DNA from: Hyphomicrobiales bacterium
GTDB lineage: Bacteria > Pseudomonadota > Alphaproteobacteria > Rhizobiales > OSC116
Assembly (NCBI GenBank): GCA_051531935.1
Contig: JAOPTR010000016.1
Location: 420,697 to 484,696 of the forward strand
Reading direction: 5' to 3'
DNA: 64,000 nt
Each line of letters starts with the position of its first letter. Position 1 is the stretch's first letter. Below, piece by piece: positions 39,208 through 50,125 of the stretch. The translations under genes and the position numbers were made by a program. A model generated the notes under the pieces. That model was not told where the DNA came from and searched no databases. It saw only the letters and a program-made list of their open reading frames with translations.

Positions 39208-39510
39208 ATGGTTACGATGAACACAGCACTTGTTATATTTTCAATCTATCTATTTATGAGCCTTGTTTGTTTCATTTTGTTTTTCATCGACAAAAAACGA
39301 TCAGAAACAAAGGGCTGGAGAATACGAGAATATTATCTGCATTTAGTCGAGCTATTGGGCGGTTGGCCTGGCGCCTTATTGGGGCAAAAGTTCATTCGTC
39401 ATAAAACCAAAAAAATCAGCTATAGAATTATTCTTTGGCTCATTATTTTGGTTCATGCGGCCATTTGGTTTTATTTCTTTTATGGTCTTTCCACTAAATT
39501 TTGGTGGTAA
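39208..39510 (+). CDS. DUF1294 membrane protein
   Basis: FIDKKRSETKGWRIRE...GGWPGALLGQKFIRHKTKK is the DUF1294 signature. Confidence 0.75.
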   Translation: MVTMNTALVIFSIYLFMSLVCFILFFIDKKRSETKGWRIREYYLHLVELLGGWPGALLGQKFIRHKTKKISYRIILWLIILVHAAIWFYFFYGLSTKFWW

Positions 39511-42423
39511 TTAGTAATCGCCGATGAGCTGAGCGAAAACCTTATATACTTCAATTTGATGTTGTTTTAGGGTCTGCTCTAGATATTTAATATCAGGGCT
39601 ATTGGTAATTGCCAAAAGCAAGCGCTCTAACCCATCTGGAATTTGTTTGGTTTCAAATTCACCATCTATTGTTACACGAGTCACCTGCGAAACTTCCGAA
39701 TAAAGCTTTAACGCTTCAAACAAGCACTCATATTGCGCAGCGTCTATCACGCCAATTTCATAAATTTTTCTCAATGATTTTTTACAATTTATTTGCAATA
39801 TATTAGCATGCATATGCGCATGAATAAGGCTCAGATATTGAATGATAAATTCAATGTCAATCAACCCACCCTTTACGGTTTTAATATTCCAAATATTGGT
39901 TGTTTGTTTTTCACTATCAATGCGTTTGCGCATATCAAGAACTTCGGTACAAATCTTGTGATTATCCCGCGGCTGCTGCAAAACATTAGCAATGATTTTT
40001 TCTACCTTATCGGCTAACACATGGTCGCCTGCCACGACACGTGCGCGCGTTAGGGCTTGGTGTTCCCAAACCCATGCTTCATTTTGCTGATAGGTTTCAA
40101 ATGCCATCAATTGCGTGGCAACTGGTCCTTTACGGCCAGAAGGTCTCAATCGCATATCAACTTCAAACAAAGCCCCTTCTGCCGTGGGTACTGTCAATGC
40201 CGATATCAAACCTTGGGTTAATTTTGTAAACCACATTGTCGAATTCAAAGGTTTTCTTCCGTCCGACAAAATATCTCCATCAGCCACATCATAAATAACA
40301 ATAAGGTCTAAATCCGAAGTACTGGTAAGCTCCTGTGAACCTAATTTCCCCATGCCCAAAATAATAAATTCACCGTCAAATTTGCCATATCTGCGTACTA
40401 TTTCCAATTTGGCAACGCCAAGTAAACTGTCAATCAAACAGTCCGCAAGGTTAGAATATGCCAGCGCAATTTCATCCCCACCCGTAATTTGCGATATCTG
40501 ATGCACACCAATTTGAAATTGAGACTCTTGCCCGAATATTCGCGCGCAATCTAAACGATCTTCATAAGTTTCAACTCCCTGCATTGCCTTGCTAAGCATA
40601 GCTGCATATTGGGGTTTAGTTGGTAAGTCCTGCATAAAATCGGGGCTGATCACAGCATCAAACAGTTGGCTCTTATGAGATAGTTGAGAGGCCAATTTGG
40701 GCGCGGTAATGAGAATATTTACAAATAAATTGAACAACTCGCTATTATTCAAAAACAGCGAGAATAATTGCACACCCGCTGGCAATCCCATTAGAAACCG
40801 ATCAAACGCCATAAGCGCATTGTCAGGGTGATAGGCTTTAGAAAGCTCCTGCAGAATACTCGGTACCATTTCGGTGACTAAAGATCGGGTGCGCGCAGTG
40901 CGCATGCATGGGTAGCGCGCAAAATGCCATTGCCGCACAATATCCGATGTCTTGTCAGGATATTCGTAACCCATCGAACGCAGCGTATTCAACGTATCCT
41001 CATCATGCTCACTACCTGTGAATACCAAATTGCCTAGCTCGGCATTTAGCTCTGGCGCATGTTCAAACAATGCCGCATAGTGTTCTTGAACTTTGTTTAA
41101 ATGCTTCAGTAAATCCACTCGAAACGCGTCGATATTTTCATAAGCGCAAAAGCGTGCAAAATTCTCTAACTTAGTTAAGTCAGTTGGCAATGTTTGGGTT
41201 TGCTCATCATTCATCATTTGAATTCTGTGTTCAATATTGCGCAAGTAAATGTAACATTCCTGCATGTCTGCTGCCACATGTGGCAAAATCCACTTTGTTG
41301 CCACCAACCTATCCAACATTTCCAAAGTGCCAGAGTTACGCAATTCTATCTGCCGACCACCTGCAATAAGCTGCTGTGTCTGCACAAAAAATTCAATTTC
41401 TCTAATACCGCCACGGCCAAGCTTGATGTTATGTCCATCAACCTTAATCTCTCCATGGCCTTTATGAATGTGAATTTGGCGCTTCATAGCATGGACATCG
41501 CGTATAGTTGCAAAATCCAAATATTTACGCCAAATAAATGGTTGCAACTGGTGCATAAAATCTTGCCCAAGCCGTTGATCGCCAGCACATATGCGGGCTT
41601 TAATCATTGCAGCCCGTTCCCAGTTTTGGCCGATGGATTCATAATATCCAAGCGCGGCTTGATAGCTCATCGCAATTTGGGTTGCCCCAGGGTCTGGCCG
41701 TAAGCGTAAATCCACCCTAAAAACATAACCAAATTCATCACGCTCTTGAATAAGTTGAACCAACTTTTTAATCAGCCTAATGGCAAATTTATAAGGGTCT
41801 TTGCCGTTCTTAACCCTAAAATTCTCTGGGTCAAAAAACACAATCAAATCAATATCTGATGAGTAATTTAGTTCAAAAGCACCATGCTTGCCCATGGCGA
41901 TCACAAACATTCCGCAATTTTTGGTTATGTGTTGTAAATCCTCTGTGCCAAATTGATCAGCCATAGCAGCTTGGCGCAGCAGATAAGCTAGTGAGGACTC
42001 AACTGCAAAGTCTGCAAATTTACTCAACCTATCGGTAACTTCCGCCTGTGTCCAAACTCCAGAAAGATCTGCAACTGCCAGGCAAAAAGCAATTTTTTGT
42101 TTCGCAACGCGTAGCAAACGCATCATTTCCATGTCAGTTTGCGCTTCAGAAACCTCATCTTCGAGTTTAGAAATTAGCTGCGCATATAATATATCTATAT
42201 TTTCAGCAAAACACGATAATGAGAACACTGGATATTTACGCATAATCGCGCTTAAATAAGGGGACGATGCCAGAATAGCGTCCAATAACGATCGTATTTT
42301 TGCGTTAGAATTTAGAAACTCGAAGTCCAAAGACTTGTCTTCAAATATATGCTGTAAATCAACATATAATGTGTCAGCATGCTGCTGCATCTCAGGGTTC
42401 AAATGATAGTCAGTACGGCTCAA
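39511..42423 (-). CDS. glnE: Bifunctional glutamine synthetase adenylyltransferase / adenylyl-removing enzyme
   Basis: 970 aa with two nucleotidyltransferase halves (GKHGAFELNYSSDIDLIVFF and GKLGSQELTSTSDLDLIVIY), each followed by a GlnE-type domain. Confidence 0.92.
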   Translation of the reverse strand: MSRTDYHLNPEMQQHADTLYVDLQHIFEDKSLDFEFLNSNAKIRSLLDAILASSPYLSAIMRKYPVFSLSCFAENIDILYAQLISKLEDEVSEAQTDMEMMRLLRVAKQKIAFCLAVADLSGVWTQAEVTDRLSKFADFAVESSLAYLLRQAAMADQFGTEDLQHITKNCGMFVIAMGKHGAFELNYSSDIDLIVFFDPENFRVKNGKDPYKFAIRLIKKLVQLIQERDEFGYVFRVDLRLRPDPGATQIAMSYQAALGYYESIGQNWERAAMIKARICAGDQRLGQDFMHQLQPFIWRKYLDFATIRDVHAMKRQIHIHKGHGEIKVDGHNIKLGRGGIREIEFFVQTQQLIAGGRQIELRNSGTLEMLDRLVATKWILPHVAADMQECYIYLRNIEHRIQMMNDEQTQTLPTDLTKLENFARFCAYENIDAFRVDLLKHLNKVQEHYAALFEHAPELNAELGNLVFTGSEHDEDTLNTLRSMGYEYPDKTSDIVRQWHFARYPCMRTARTRSLVTEMVPSILQELSKAYHPDNALMAFDRFLMGLPAGVQLFSLFLNNSELFNLFVNILITAPKLASQLSHKSQLFDAVISPDFMQDLPTKPQYAAMLSKAMQGVETYEDRLDCARIFGQESQFQIGVHQISQITGGDEIALAYSNLADCLIDSLLGVAKLEIVRRYGKFDGEFIILGMGKLGSQELTSTSDLDLIVIYDVADGDILSDGRKPLNSTMWFTKLTQGLISALTVPTAEGALFEVDMRLRPSGRKGPVATQLMAFETYQQNEAWVWEHQALTRARVVAGDHVLADKVEKIIANVLQQPRDNHKICTEVLDMRKRIDSEKQTTNIWNIKTVKGGLIDIEFIIQYLSLIHAHMHANILQINCKKSLRKIYEIGVIDAAQYECLFEALKLYSEVSQVTRVTIDGEFETKQIPDGLERLLLAITNSPDIKYLEQTLKQHQIEVYKVFAQLIGDY

Positions 42424-42424
42424 T

Positions 42425-42832
42425 TTAACCTCTATCTTGCTTCTTCATGTTCCTAAAGTAAATGTAAGCAAACAGAAAAGCCAGCGATAAAAATATTAAA
42501 GGCGTTAGCCATAATAATGATGTTTGCTTGGTAAAAAGTGGCTTCAATAGCACAAATTCACCATATCTATCGACCAAAAATTGTTTAATTTCTAAATCTG
42601 TTTTACTTTGCTTTATTTGCTCTCTTACCAATATCTTCAAATCAACTGCCAAATCAGCATCCGATGATTCAATTGATTGATTTTGGCAAACCAAGCATCG
42701 TAATTCTAGGGACAAATCTTTCGCGCGTTGCTCTTGCGCTGCATTTTCCAAAGCAACAACCTTTGGAGCTGCATTTACAGCCTGATAACCAGCTAAAATA
42801 CAAATGCAAACGACAATAATTCTGTTAAGCAT
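42425..42832 (-). CDS. ccmH: Cytochrome c-type biogenesis protein CcmH (CycL)
   Basis: LRCLVCQNQSIESSDA motif and a C-terminal TM helix. The start taken at the ATG at 42832 overlaps the ccmF stop by 8 nt. Confidence 0.85.
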   Translation of the reverse strand: MLNRIIVVCICILAGYQAVNAAPKVVALENAAQEQRAKDLSLELRCLVCQNQSIESSDADLAVDLKILVREQIKQSKTDLEIKQFLVDRYGEFVLLKPLFTKQTSLLWLTPLIFLSLAFLFAYIYFRNMKKQDRG

Positions 42833-44807
42833 TTTGCAACACCTCAGCGGCTTTCCCACGTTTCATTCTTCGTCCACGCCTGTCACTTAATGACAAAAAT
42901 CCGCCCAACATCATCAACAATGGGCCCAGCCAAATAAACAAAACCAAGGGGTTATAATAGGCACGCAATTGTACTTTATTATTTTCGCCCAAAGCACCAA
43001 AAGCAATATAAACTTGGCCAAAATAATGATTATAAAGACCAACTTCCGTGGTCGGGGATGAACGCTTTAAATAGCGGCGTTTCGCTGTGCTCAGCATGCC
43101 GAGATATTCATTGTTTTTGTGAAGCTTAAAGTTCCCAACAATCTCGTTATAATTACTGCCAGTTTGGTTTTTTACATTGTCAAATGTCAACTCAAAACCT
43201 GCAATTTCCATCTTGTCACCCACTGTCATATCTTGAATGTTTTCAACCCGCCATGCACTCATTGCAGCAAGGCCAAGCACCAAAACACCAATTCCCATAT
43301 GAGCAAGCATAACCGCAAATTTGGCTCGTCTTAAATTAAACAAACGACGCAAAGCCAAGTCCCATTCTATCTGCCCAAATCGAGCCGAAAACAAAACTTC
43401 CCAAATAGCTCCAAAAACCAACCATACGCCAAGCAATATGGCAGCCCATGCAAATATACCTTTATTTCCGCTCAGATACAAAAATACCAAAGTTACGCCA
43501 AAACTCAGCAAAAACACCCAAACAAGCCTTTTCATTGCGACAAAAAAATCACCTTTTTTCCAGGGCATCATAAGACCAACAGGCAGTAATATAAGCAATG
43601 GCACAGCTAATGGAATAAATGTCTGGTTAAAAAATGGCGCACCAACAGACAGTTTATTCCCACCAATTGCATCCACAAAAAGTGGGTAGAGCGTGCCAAC
43701 AAATACCGTCACCAACATAACTGATAGAAGCAAGTTATTTAGCAACAAAGCGCCTTCGCGGCTAATCGGTGCAAAATGCCCACGCTGTTTTATTTCGCCA
43801 CTTTTCAAGGCGTATAATGTTAAAGCCCCCGCCATAAAATAAAACAATATGCCTAAAATCACAATCCCACGTTCTGGGTCTACAGCAAAAGCATGAACCG
43901 ATGTAAGTATGCCCGAACGCACTAAAAACGTGCCTAATAAGCTAAGCCCAAATGCAATGATAGCTAGTAATATTGTCCAACTGCCCAACGCACCACGTTT
44001 TTCCATCACAATTGCGCTATGTAGCAATGCAGTAGAAGCAAGCCACGGCATTAAAGATGCATTTTCAACAGGGTCCCAAAACCAAAATCCGCCCCAACCA
44101 AGCTCATAATATGCCCAATAAGAACCAAGCGCGATGCCACCTGTTAAACATGACCACGCAAATAATGTCCAAGGCCGCACCCATTTCGCCCACTCTTCAT
44201 CAACCTTACCAGTCAACAAAGCTGCAATGGCAAATGAAAATGGAATGGAAATGCCAACATAACCCAAATAAAGCAATGGAGGATGAACCGCCAAGGCCCA
44301 ATCTTGCAATAATGGATTTAAATTATTGCCTTCAAGTGGGGCAATTTCCAACCGTTCAAACGGGTTGGATGTAAAAATAATGAATCCCAATATTGCCACA
44401 GCTAACATTGCTTGAATCGCCAATGTGCTAGACAAAAACTTATCATCTAATTTGCGGCCAAATAAAGCAAGACAAGCCCCCATCAGGCTAATGATAAGCG
44501 AGAATAAAAGTATCGAGCCTTCATGGTTACCCCAAGTCGCAGCAAGCTTATAAAACAAAGGCTTTAAACTGTGAGAATGTTCAACTATTATTTTCACCGA
44601 AAAATCAGAGCCTGCAAATAGCACTAATAAAATAGCAAAACTAAAAGTCAATATAATAGCTTGTAAGACAGCGGAACGCCTCGTTAATTTTGTCAGCACA
44701 ACTTGGCTACTATCAGTAGCCCAAAGCGGTATAAGACCGATTATCATCTGAAATGATGCAATCACAAAACTTAAAATAAGAGTAAATTGTCCAAATTCGG
44801 CAAACAT
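42825..44807 (-). CDS. ccmF: Cytochrome c heme lyase subunit CcmF (CycK)
   Basis: 660 aa, polytopic, with the WGGFWFWDPVENASLMPWL tryptophan-rich motif. Confidence 0.93.
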   Translation of the reverse strand: MFAEFGQFTLILSFVIASFQMIIGLIPLWATDSSQVVLTKLTRRSAVLQAIILTFSFAILLVLFAGSDFSVKIIVEHSHSLKPLFYKLAATWGNHEGSILLFSLIISLMGACLALFGRKLDDKFLSSTLAIQAMLAVAILGFIIFTSNPFERLEIAPLEGNNLNPLLQDWALAVHPPLLYLGYVGISIPFSFAIAALLTGKVDEEWAKWVRPWTLFAWSCLTGGIALGSYWAYYELGWGGFWFWDPVENASLMPWLASTALLHSAIVMEKRGALGSWTILLAIIAFGLSLLGTFLVRSGILTSVHAFAVDPERGIVILGILFYFMAGALTLYALKSGEIKQRGHFAPISREGALLLNNLLLSVMLVTVFVGTLYPLFVDAIGGNKLSVGAPFFNQTFIPLAVPLLILLPVGLMMPWKKGDFFVAMKRLVWVFLLSFGVTLVFLYLSGNKGIFAWAAILLGVWLVFGAIWEVLFSARFGQIEWDLALRRLFNLRRAKFAVMLAHMGIGVLVLGLAAMSAWRVENIQDMTVGDKMEIAGFELTFDNVKNQTGSNYNEIVGNFKLHKNNEYLGMLSTAKRRYLKRSSPTTEVGLYNHYFGQVYIAFGALGENNKVQLRAYYNPLVLFIWLGPLLMMLGGFLSLSDRRGRRMKRGKAAEVLQNA

Positions 44808-44812
44808 ATTGA

Positions 44813-45262
44813 TTAATTACTTTCTTCGCCAGTGACCGTTTTCCAACGGCCAGCTTTTTTCAAACTATCAGCCACCTCTTTGGGCATATAATTTTCATCA
44901 TGCTTCGCCAGTAAACTGTCGGCAATGAATGTTTTACTGGCGTTTAAATAGCCTTCCAGCACCACACCTTGACCTTCTTTAAATAAATCAGGGATAACCC
45001 CTTTATACTCAATATTCAAATCAGACTCATTGTCAGTAACTTCAAACGAAAGCACTTCTCCGTCCCTTTTCACACTACCCGTAACCACCAAACCGCCAAT
45101 GCGCAATCTACGAGTTGTATCGGCTTTTTCCTGCAATATTTCTGTCGGTGTTTTAAAAAAAGATATACCATCTTCCATCGCTGATAAAATAAGTGCAAAT
45201 GCTAATCCCAAAAGCACCACACCAACGGCAACGAATGTAAATCTCTGTTGTTTTCTGGTCAT
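44813..45262 (-). CDS. ccmE: Cytochrome c heme chaperone CcmE (CycJ)
   Basis: 149 aa. N-terminal TM helix, RLRIGGLV OB-fold start and the AKHDENYMP heme-binding His motif. Confidence 0.92.
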   Translation of the reverse strand: MTRKQQRFTFVAVGVVLLGLAFALILSAMEDGISFFKTPTEILQEKADTTRRLRIGGLVVTGSVKRDGEVLSFEVTDNESDLNIEYKGVIPDLFKEGQGVVLEGYLNASKTFIADSLLAKHDENYMPKEVADSLKKAGRWKTVTGEESN

Positions 45263-45927
45263 TTTTTTATCTCAGATGCTTCTAATAATTTCAATATTTG
45301 GTTAAGTGGTTCAGCTTGTTGTTCAGATAGCTCATGGCTAGACAAAAATGCGCTAATTGCCAACCTAGCTTGCTCAAATTCTTGCCTGTCTTGCAGCATT
45401 GTAGCGTAAAAATACATAGCTTCAACATCATCGGGAAGTTTCTCTTGAGCTTTGGTAAAAGCAACTTTGGTCATAGGGCCAAATACACCTTTATTCATCA
45501 ATAAATTCGATTTCCCCAAGCCAAGCCAATTTTGCCCCGTGCTATTGCCAAACTTAATGGCATTAGCAAACGCGTCAAAGGCTTTATCAGCTTGGTTTAA
45601 GCTTAAATAAGCTGGCGCAAGCACTTGCCACCCTTCCGCATCCTCTGGTTTTTTTGCTAAATGAGCTTCAATTTGCAAAATAATATCCGCATATTTATGA
45701 TTTGGATTGACCGTTTCTTGAGGGGTGATCTTAGATGGGCTGCCAATAAATACATAAAGGCTAACACTTACAATTATCAATAATAGCGATAGGAAAACAA
45801 ATGTTTTTTTGAAAGAATTGCTAGAAGTCTCGTCCTTGCCATTCACGGGTACAAAGGATGGTAAAATAATATATGCAAAGCTAGCAAACGCCAACAACGC
45901 TATTGAGAACCAAAAGAACAACTGCAT
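45259..45927 (-). CDS. ccmI: Cytochrome c biogenesis factor CcmI (CycH), short form
   Basis: Two TM helices plus TPR-like repeats. The position before ccmE-F-H is as in cycHJKL operons. Confidence 0.65.
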   Translation of the reverse strand: MQLFFWFSIALLAFASFAYIILPSFVPVNGKDETSSNSFKKTFVFLSLLLIIVSVSLYVFIGSPSKITPQETVNPNHKYADIILQIEAHLAKKPEDAEGWQVLAPAYLSLNQADKAFDAFANAIKFGNSTGQNWLGLGKSNLLMNKGVFGPMTKVAFTKAQEKLPDDVEAMYFYATMLQDRQEFEQARLAISAFLSSHELSEQQAEPLNQILKLLEASEIKK

Positions 45928-46060
45928 TTTATTATGCCCGGCAAAATTAATTGCTCAACATTAACATCAAGCATTATCAATCTTTTTTATAAGCCAAATT
46001 GTAAAAAAAGCAACGCGACAATATGTCCTTTTAGAGAAACCAATCCTTAATTTACCAATC

Positions 46061-47479
46061 TTATTCTGCAACAGCTTCTTTCGCCGCTAGCAATCCGCTC
46101 TTATGATAAATATCTGCCTGTTCTGAATCTTTAATAATTCGGATTAAATCTGTCGATATTCCAAGATATATCATTAGATTTATTTTATTTTCAGAGGTTT
46201 CGCGGCGCATTTGTTCAACAATCGCCACAGAAAACACCTCAATAAATTGAACACATTTAGTGTAATTTTCTGCATATACAGCGCTGCATGATGTTGCGGC
46301 AATATAACTTTTAATGCCATACAGCAAATATACGCTCGCGTTTAAATCGTCAATTTCGGCCTGATCTGGATTCTCAACCGCCATACCATCCGAAATTTTT
46401 TGATATCGACCCAATACTGTTCTCAACAATTGCGGGCTTGCCAAGATATCTCTTTCTAAACCAGCAGAGATTTCTGCTTTTAATTCTATAATTTCTTTAC
46501 CCCAACTACTAATCGGAGATACATCAAATTCGCGTTCGATACCTAAAATTACATTCGCAAAATCCACGTAATAAGCTAAATATTCTTTCTGATTTTTACG
46601 GCTATTCTTAATTTCAACAAAATTGTGAGCATTCACTGCTGCATTAAATAGCAATGTTTCACCTAGTATAGATAAATCACATTTTGCAGCAGCTGAAGCA
46701 TCATCAATTCTATAATGCTTTTGTATCACGCGCAAAACATGCGAAGGCCTTTTTAGAGCGGCAACCAATAACGTCACATATATTGGAAATATTTTCGGGT
46801 CTGCCTCTCTCACCCTTATCATTTCATTGGTAATTTTAGTCAGTATGCTGCCACTTAAATCTACAATTTCACCCGCAAAAAATTTCAGCGCTTTTTCAAC
46901 TTCGCCCGTATTCTGCAAATAATAACTTAATTCTTCTGCTTCTTTTGCAACCAACTTATTGCCGATAGTCATCGAAAACCGCGCCCATTCTCGATCATCA
47001 TCCTTACATTTATTTATAATTTCTTCTAATTTCTGTCCAGCTAACCTGTTGAATTCATTTACAACAATTTTAGCCTTTTTCATATCCTTGGCTTCAATTG
47101 CGGTTTTAAAAGCTCCCTCAAGGTCAGTAAGTTCGTTTGGCATTAAATGGGTTTCAATATAGTGCCAAATTTTCTCCATTGAATTTCTAGAAATACGCCC
47201 TGCTTGCCTTTTCCCTATCTCACCATCAAATAAAATACGGTTAAAAGGCAGATAGAAATATCGTTTTAAACTATATTTCCTGCGTTCCGTTTGTTGAGAT
47301 TCCTGCTCTCGTTCAACAAGAGTTTTTCTCGCCATGTCTGCAATTTTCAGCATTTTTTGTTTCTCAGGCTGAGAATCAGGCATTTCATTAATTTGTTTGA
47401 GTAAATATTTTAATGCTTCTGGCGGCAAAAGAGGTATCTTTTGGTACATTTTGGGATTTAAGAAATTAGTGATGTCCAT
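46061..47479 (-). CDS. Hypothetical all-helical protein, 472 aa
   Basis: Long clean ORF with no TM helix, no signal peptide and no recognised motif. Confidence 0.55.
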   Translation of the reverse strand: MDITNFLNPKMYQKIPLLPPEALKYLLKQINEMPDSQPEKQKMLKIADMARKTLVEREQESQQTERRKYSLKRYFYLPFNRILFDGEIGKRQAGRISRNSMEKIWHYIETHLMPNELTDLEGAFKTAIEAKDMKKAKIVVNEFNRLAGQKLEEIINKCKDDDREWARFSMTIGNKLVAKEAEELSYYLQNTGEVEKALKFFAGEIVDLSGSILTKITNEMIRVREADPKIFPIYVTLLVAALKRPSHVLRVIQKHYRIDDASAAAKCDLSILGETLLFNAAVNAHNFVEIKNSRKNQKEYLAYYVDFANVILGIEREFDVSPISSWGKEIIELKAEISAGLERDILASPQLLRTVLGRYQKISDGMAVENPDQAEIDDLNASVYLLYGIKSYIAATSCSAVYAENYTKCVQFIEVFSVAIVEQMRRETSENKINLMIYLGISTDLIRIIKDSEQADIYHKSGLLAAKEAVAE

Positions 47480-47627
47480 TCTAAGTAAACCCCATTCGTT
47501 CTATCGTAGATAGACATTGTTATATTCGCCTTTTACACTACATTAGTTTAATTAAAATTCTCCTAAATATTTAATGACTTACATATATTTTTTAAACTAC
47601 TAATCCTTTACGACCATCGTGTAGTAT

Positions 47628-48992
47628 TTATACTAACGGTAACCACAATTCAGCCTTCAATCCACCTAAATCACTTTGGCATAGGGTAAATTCTCCATTA
47701 TACAGAGCCACAAGTTCCTTCACAATAGAAAGCCCCAAGCCCGTACCCGCCATATTTTCATCAATTCGATGGCCTCTTTTCAAAACCTTTTCAAGTTCCT
47801 TTGCAGGCATAAACGGTCCATCATCTTCAACAATAATATGCAATTGCCGCGAATGCCCAAGCTGCTCTTCTTTACAGATCACCACAGATACTCTTGCATC
47901 ACACCATTTAAAAGCATTGTCTATTAAGTTACCAATTAGCTCTTCAAAATCCTGTTTCTCTCCATAGAAACACAATTCATCATCGGTTTTAAATTCAACT
48001 TTTACATTTTTATCAAAATTAATTTTCTTCAGCGCTCCAATAATAGATGTCGCAACGGGGCTCACAAAAATACGTGTTGCAACTGTATCAACACTCGCAA
48101 TCATTCTGGCGCGGTTTAGATGATGGGTAATTTGAACATTCATCAAATTCACCTGTTCATATACTAATTTAGATTTCTCATCAGTCTTGTTGTCACTGTC
48201 GTTTAGCAAAACAGAAATAGGTGTTTTAAGCGCGTGTGCTAGGTTTCCTACATGAGTGCGGGCGCGTTCAATCACTTGACGGTTCGCATCTATCAAGTTG
48301 TTTATTTCATTGGCAACGGGCATAATTTCAAGCGGTAAATTACCTTCAATAGATTTCCCATCCCCAATTCTAATCCCAGTTAGATAATTTTTTAAATTCT
48401 CCAACGGCTTCAAAACAAATTTAAGCTGAAAATAAGTCGCCAACAACAATCCTGCGACTAAAAAAGAAAGCCCCGCGGCAATCATCCAGTAAAATGACCT
48501 TGCCTCGGTTCGCAATAATTTAGAATTACCAGAAACAATGTAAAGAATGGGGCGGTCAAGTTCAGGATACCGAATAAATTGCGCATAAACACGAATATCT
48601 TGTTGCGCAGGCCCCTTTAAATACAGCCTAAATACATCTTGCTTCATCGACATCATCTTACCACGATCATCATCACTAAATTGTTGTAATAGCGATGACT
48701 TCTCTAATGATTCAGATTTGAAAATTGATTCTTCGGCATCAACAATTTGCCAATACCAACCCGAAAAAAGGTTCGTATAATTGGGTGAAGAATGTCGTAA
48801 TTTCAACTGCACATCACCGTCTACAACATTGGTCGCGCCCACTAATTCTGTTAAAGTTGACTGCAAGCGATGGTCAAATTGTTTTTCAATCGAAAGGCTA
48901 AAAATTATTGATAAAAATATGCCGGTGGTTATTGTTAAAACAGCACTGCCCACAAGAGTGGAGATAAGTAATCGTTTTCGTAACGAAGTCAC
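47628..48992 (-). CDS. Sensor histidine kinase (two TM, periplasmic domain, HisKA + HATPase_c)
   Basis: H-box NLAHALKTPISVL, NLIDNAFKW, DDGPFM and GTGLGLSIV. Located 3 nt after the regulator gene. Confidence 0.85.
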   Translation of the reverse strand: MTSLRKRLLISTLVGSAVLTITTGIFLSIIFSLSIEKQFDHRLQSTLTELVGATNVVDGDVQLKLRHSSPNYTNLFSGWYWQIVDAEESIFKSESLEKSSLLQQFSDDDRGKMMSMKQDVFRLYLKGPAQQDIRVYAQFIRYPELDRPILYIVSGNSKLLRTEARSFYWMIAAGLSFLVAGLLLATYFQLKFVLKPLENLKNYLTGIRIGDGKSIEGNLPLEIMPVANEINNLIDANRQVIERARTHVGNLAHALKTPISVLLNDSDNKTDEKSKLVYEQVNLMNVQITHHLNRARMIASVDTVATRIFVSPVATSIIGALKKINFDKNVKVEFKTDDELCFYGEKQDFEELIGNLIDNAFKWCDARVSVVICKEEQLGHSRQLHIIVEDDGPFMPAKELEKVLKRGHRIDENMAGTGLGLSIVKELVALYNGEFTLCQSDLGGLKAELWLPLV

Positions 48993-48994
48993 CC

Positions 48995-49657
48995 TTATTC
49001 CTCTTCAATAAGTTGATAACCTAAACCACGAACAGTTTGCAATAAATTCACACCAAGTTTTTTGCGAATTCTACCGACAAAAACCTCAATAGTATTTGAG
49101 TCTCGGTCAAAATCTTGATCATATAAATGCTCTACCAATTCAGTTCGCGAAATCACGCGTCCCTGCTGGTGCAACATATAAGATAAAAGCCTAAATTCTA
49201 ACGATGTTAATTTAACTTGCACATCATTCATAAAAATTCTCGATGTTTTGGTATCAAGCAATAAAGCACCACAGCTAATTTCACTCGATGCATGCCCGGC
49301 AGCACGGCGAATCAATGCTCTAAGCCTTGCCATTAGCTCTTCCATATGAAACGGCTTGGCTAAATAATCATCTGCACCCGCATCAAATCCCGCCACTTTG
49401 TCATTCCATCGGTCACGCGCAGTTAAAATCAGCACAGGCATCTTCACACCCTCACGGCGCCAATTTTCCAACACAGAAATGCCATCCATTAATGGCAAAC
49501 CAATGTCCAAAACCACGGCATCATAGCTTTCGGTTGATCCTAAAAAATGCCCTTCTTCGCCGTCCATGGCACTATCAACTACATAGCCATTGTCCATTAA
49601 AGCCGTTTTGATTTGTTGGTTTAAATCTTTGTCATCTTCAACAACTAATAACCGCAT
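48995..49657 (-). CDS. OmpR-family response regulator
   Basis: The receiver domain (MRLLVVEDD...DAVVLDIGLP...LTAR...KPF) and a winged-helix C-terminus (EFRLL...TVRGLGY) are present. Confidence 0.92.
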   Translation of the reverse strand: MRLLVVEDDKDLNQQIKTALMDNGYVVDSAMDGEEGHFLGSTESYDAVVLDIGLPLMDGISVLENWRREGVKMPVLILTARDRWNDKVAGFDAGADDYLAKPFHMEELMARLRALIRRAAGHASSEISCGALLLDTKTSRIFMNDVQVKLTSLEFRLLSYMLHQQGRVISRTELVEHLYDQDFDRDSNTIEVFVGRIRKKLGVNLLQTVRGLGYQLIEEE

Positions 49658-49681
49658 GAGCGCTTCCTAATCTGGTTGTAA

Positions 49682-50014
49682 CTATAATACACGGCCTGTT
49701 TGCATATCTACAAAAACATATCTAACTTGGCCACTGCGTTGGTTGAAAATCCGCAAGCGCATGGCTTTCACATTTTTATAAACAACCACATCATATCCCT
49801 GAAAAACATCCCCTGCGCCCATTACAGATGGCAATATTCTTGGCAAATCAACAGCAGCTAAAACAAGCCGTTTTCCGTTTTTTGCAGGTACAAATTGCCC
49901 CACCGAAACTTTCGCACCAGTAGCCGCATATACATTCACGGCACAAAGCATGCTTACAATAGCAGCAGCACAAATCATTTTCAGTGGTAGAATTAGGTCT
50001 ATAATTTTAATCAT
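49682..50014 (-). CDS. Secreted PepSY-like small protein
   Basis: Signal peptide and the C-terminal ...GQVRYVFVDMQTGRVL pattern. First gene of the two-component operon. Confidence 0.55.
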   Translation of the reverse strand: MIKIIDLILPLKMICAAAIVSMLCAVNVYAATGAKVSVGQFVPAKNGKRLVLAAVDLPRILPSVMGAGDVFQGYDVVVYKNVKAMRLRIFNQRSGQVRYVFVDMQTGRVL

Positions 50015-50125
50015 GTTTTTCTTCTTTTCGCAAATCCACGCATATTAGCCTACTATCTATACTTCATCCAATATGAATAAGACCTGAATGGATTTTACAC
50101 AAAAGCACTAAAAACCCAATAGATA

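Noticed and set aside
39508-39513. Convergent DUF1294 and glnE stop codons abut with zero intergenic bases (taa|tta)
   Set aside because: This is a curiosity only. No hairpin or other signal is visible, and it probably just reflects tight packing.
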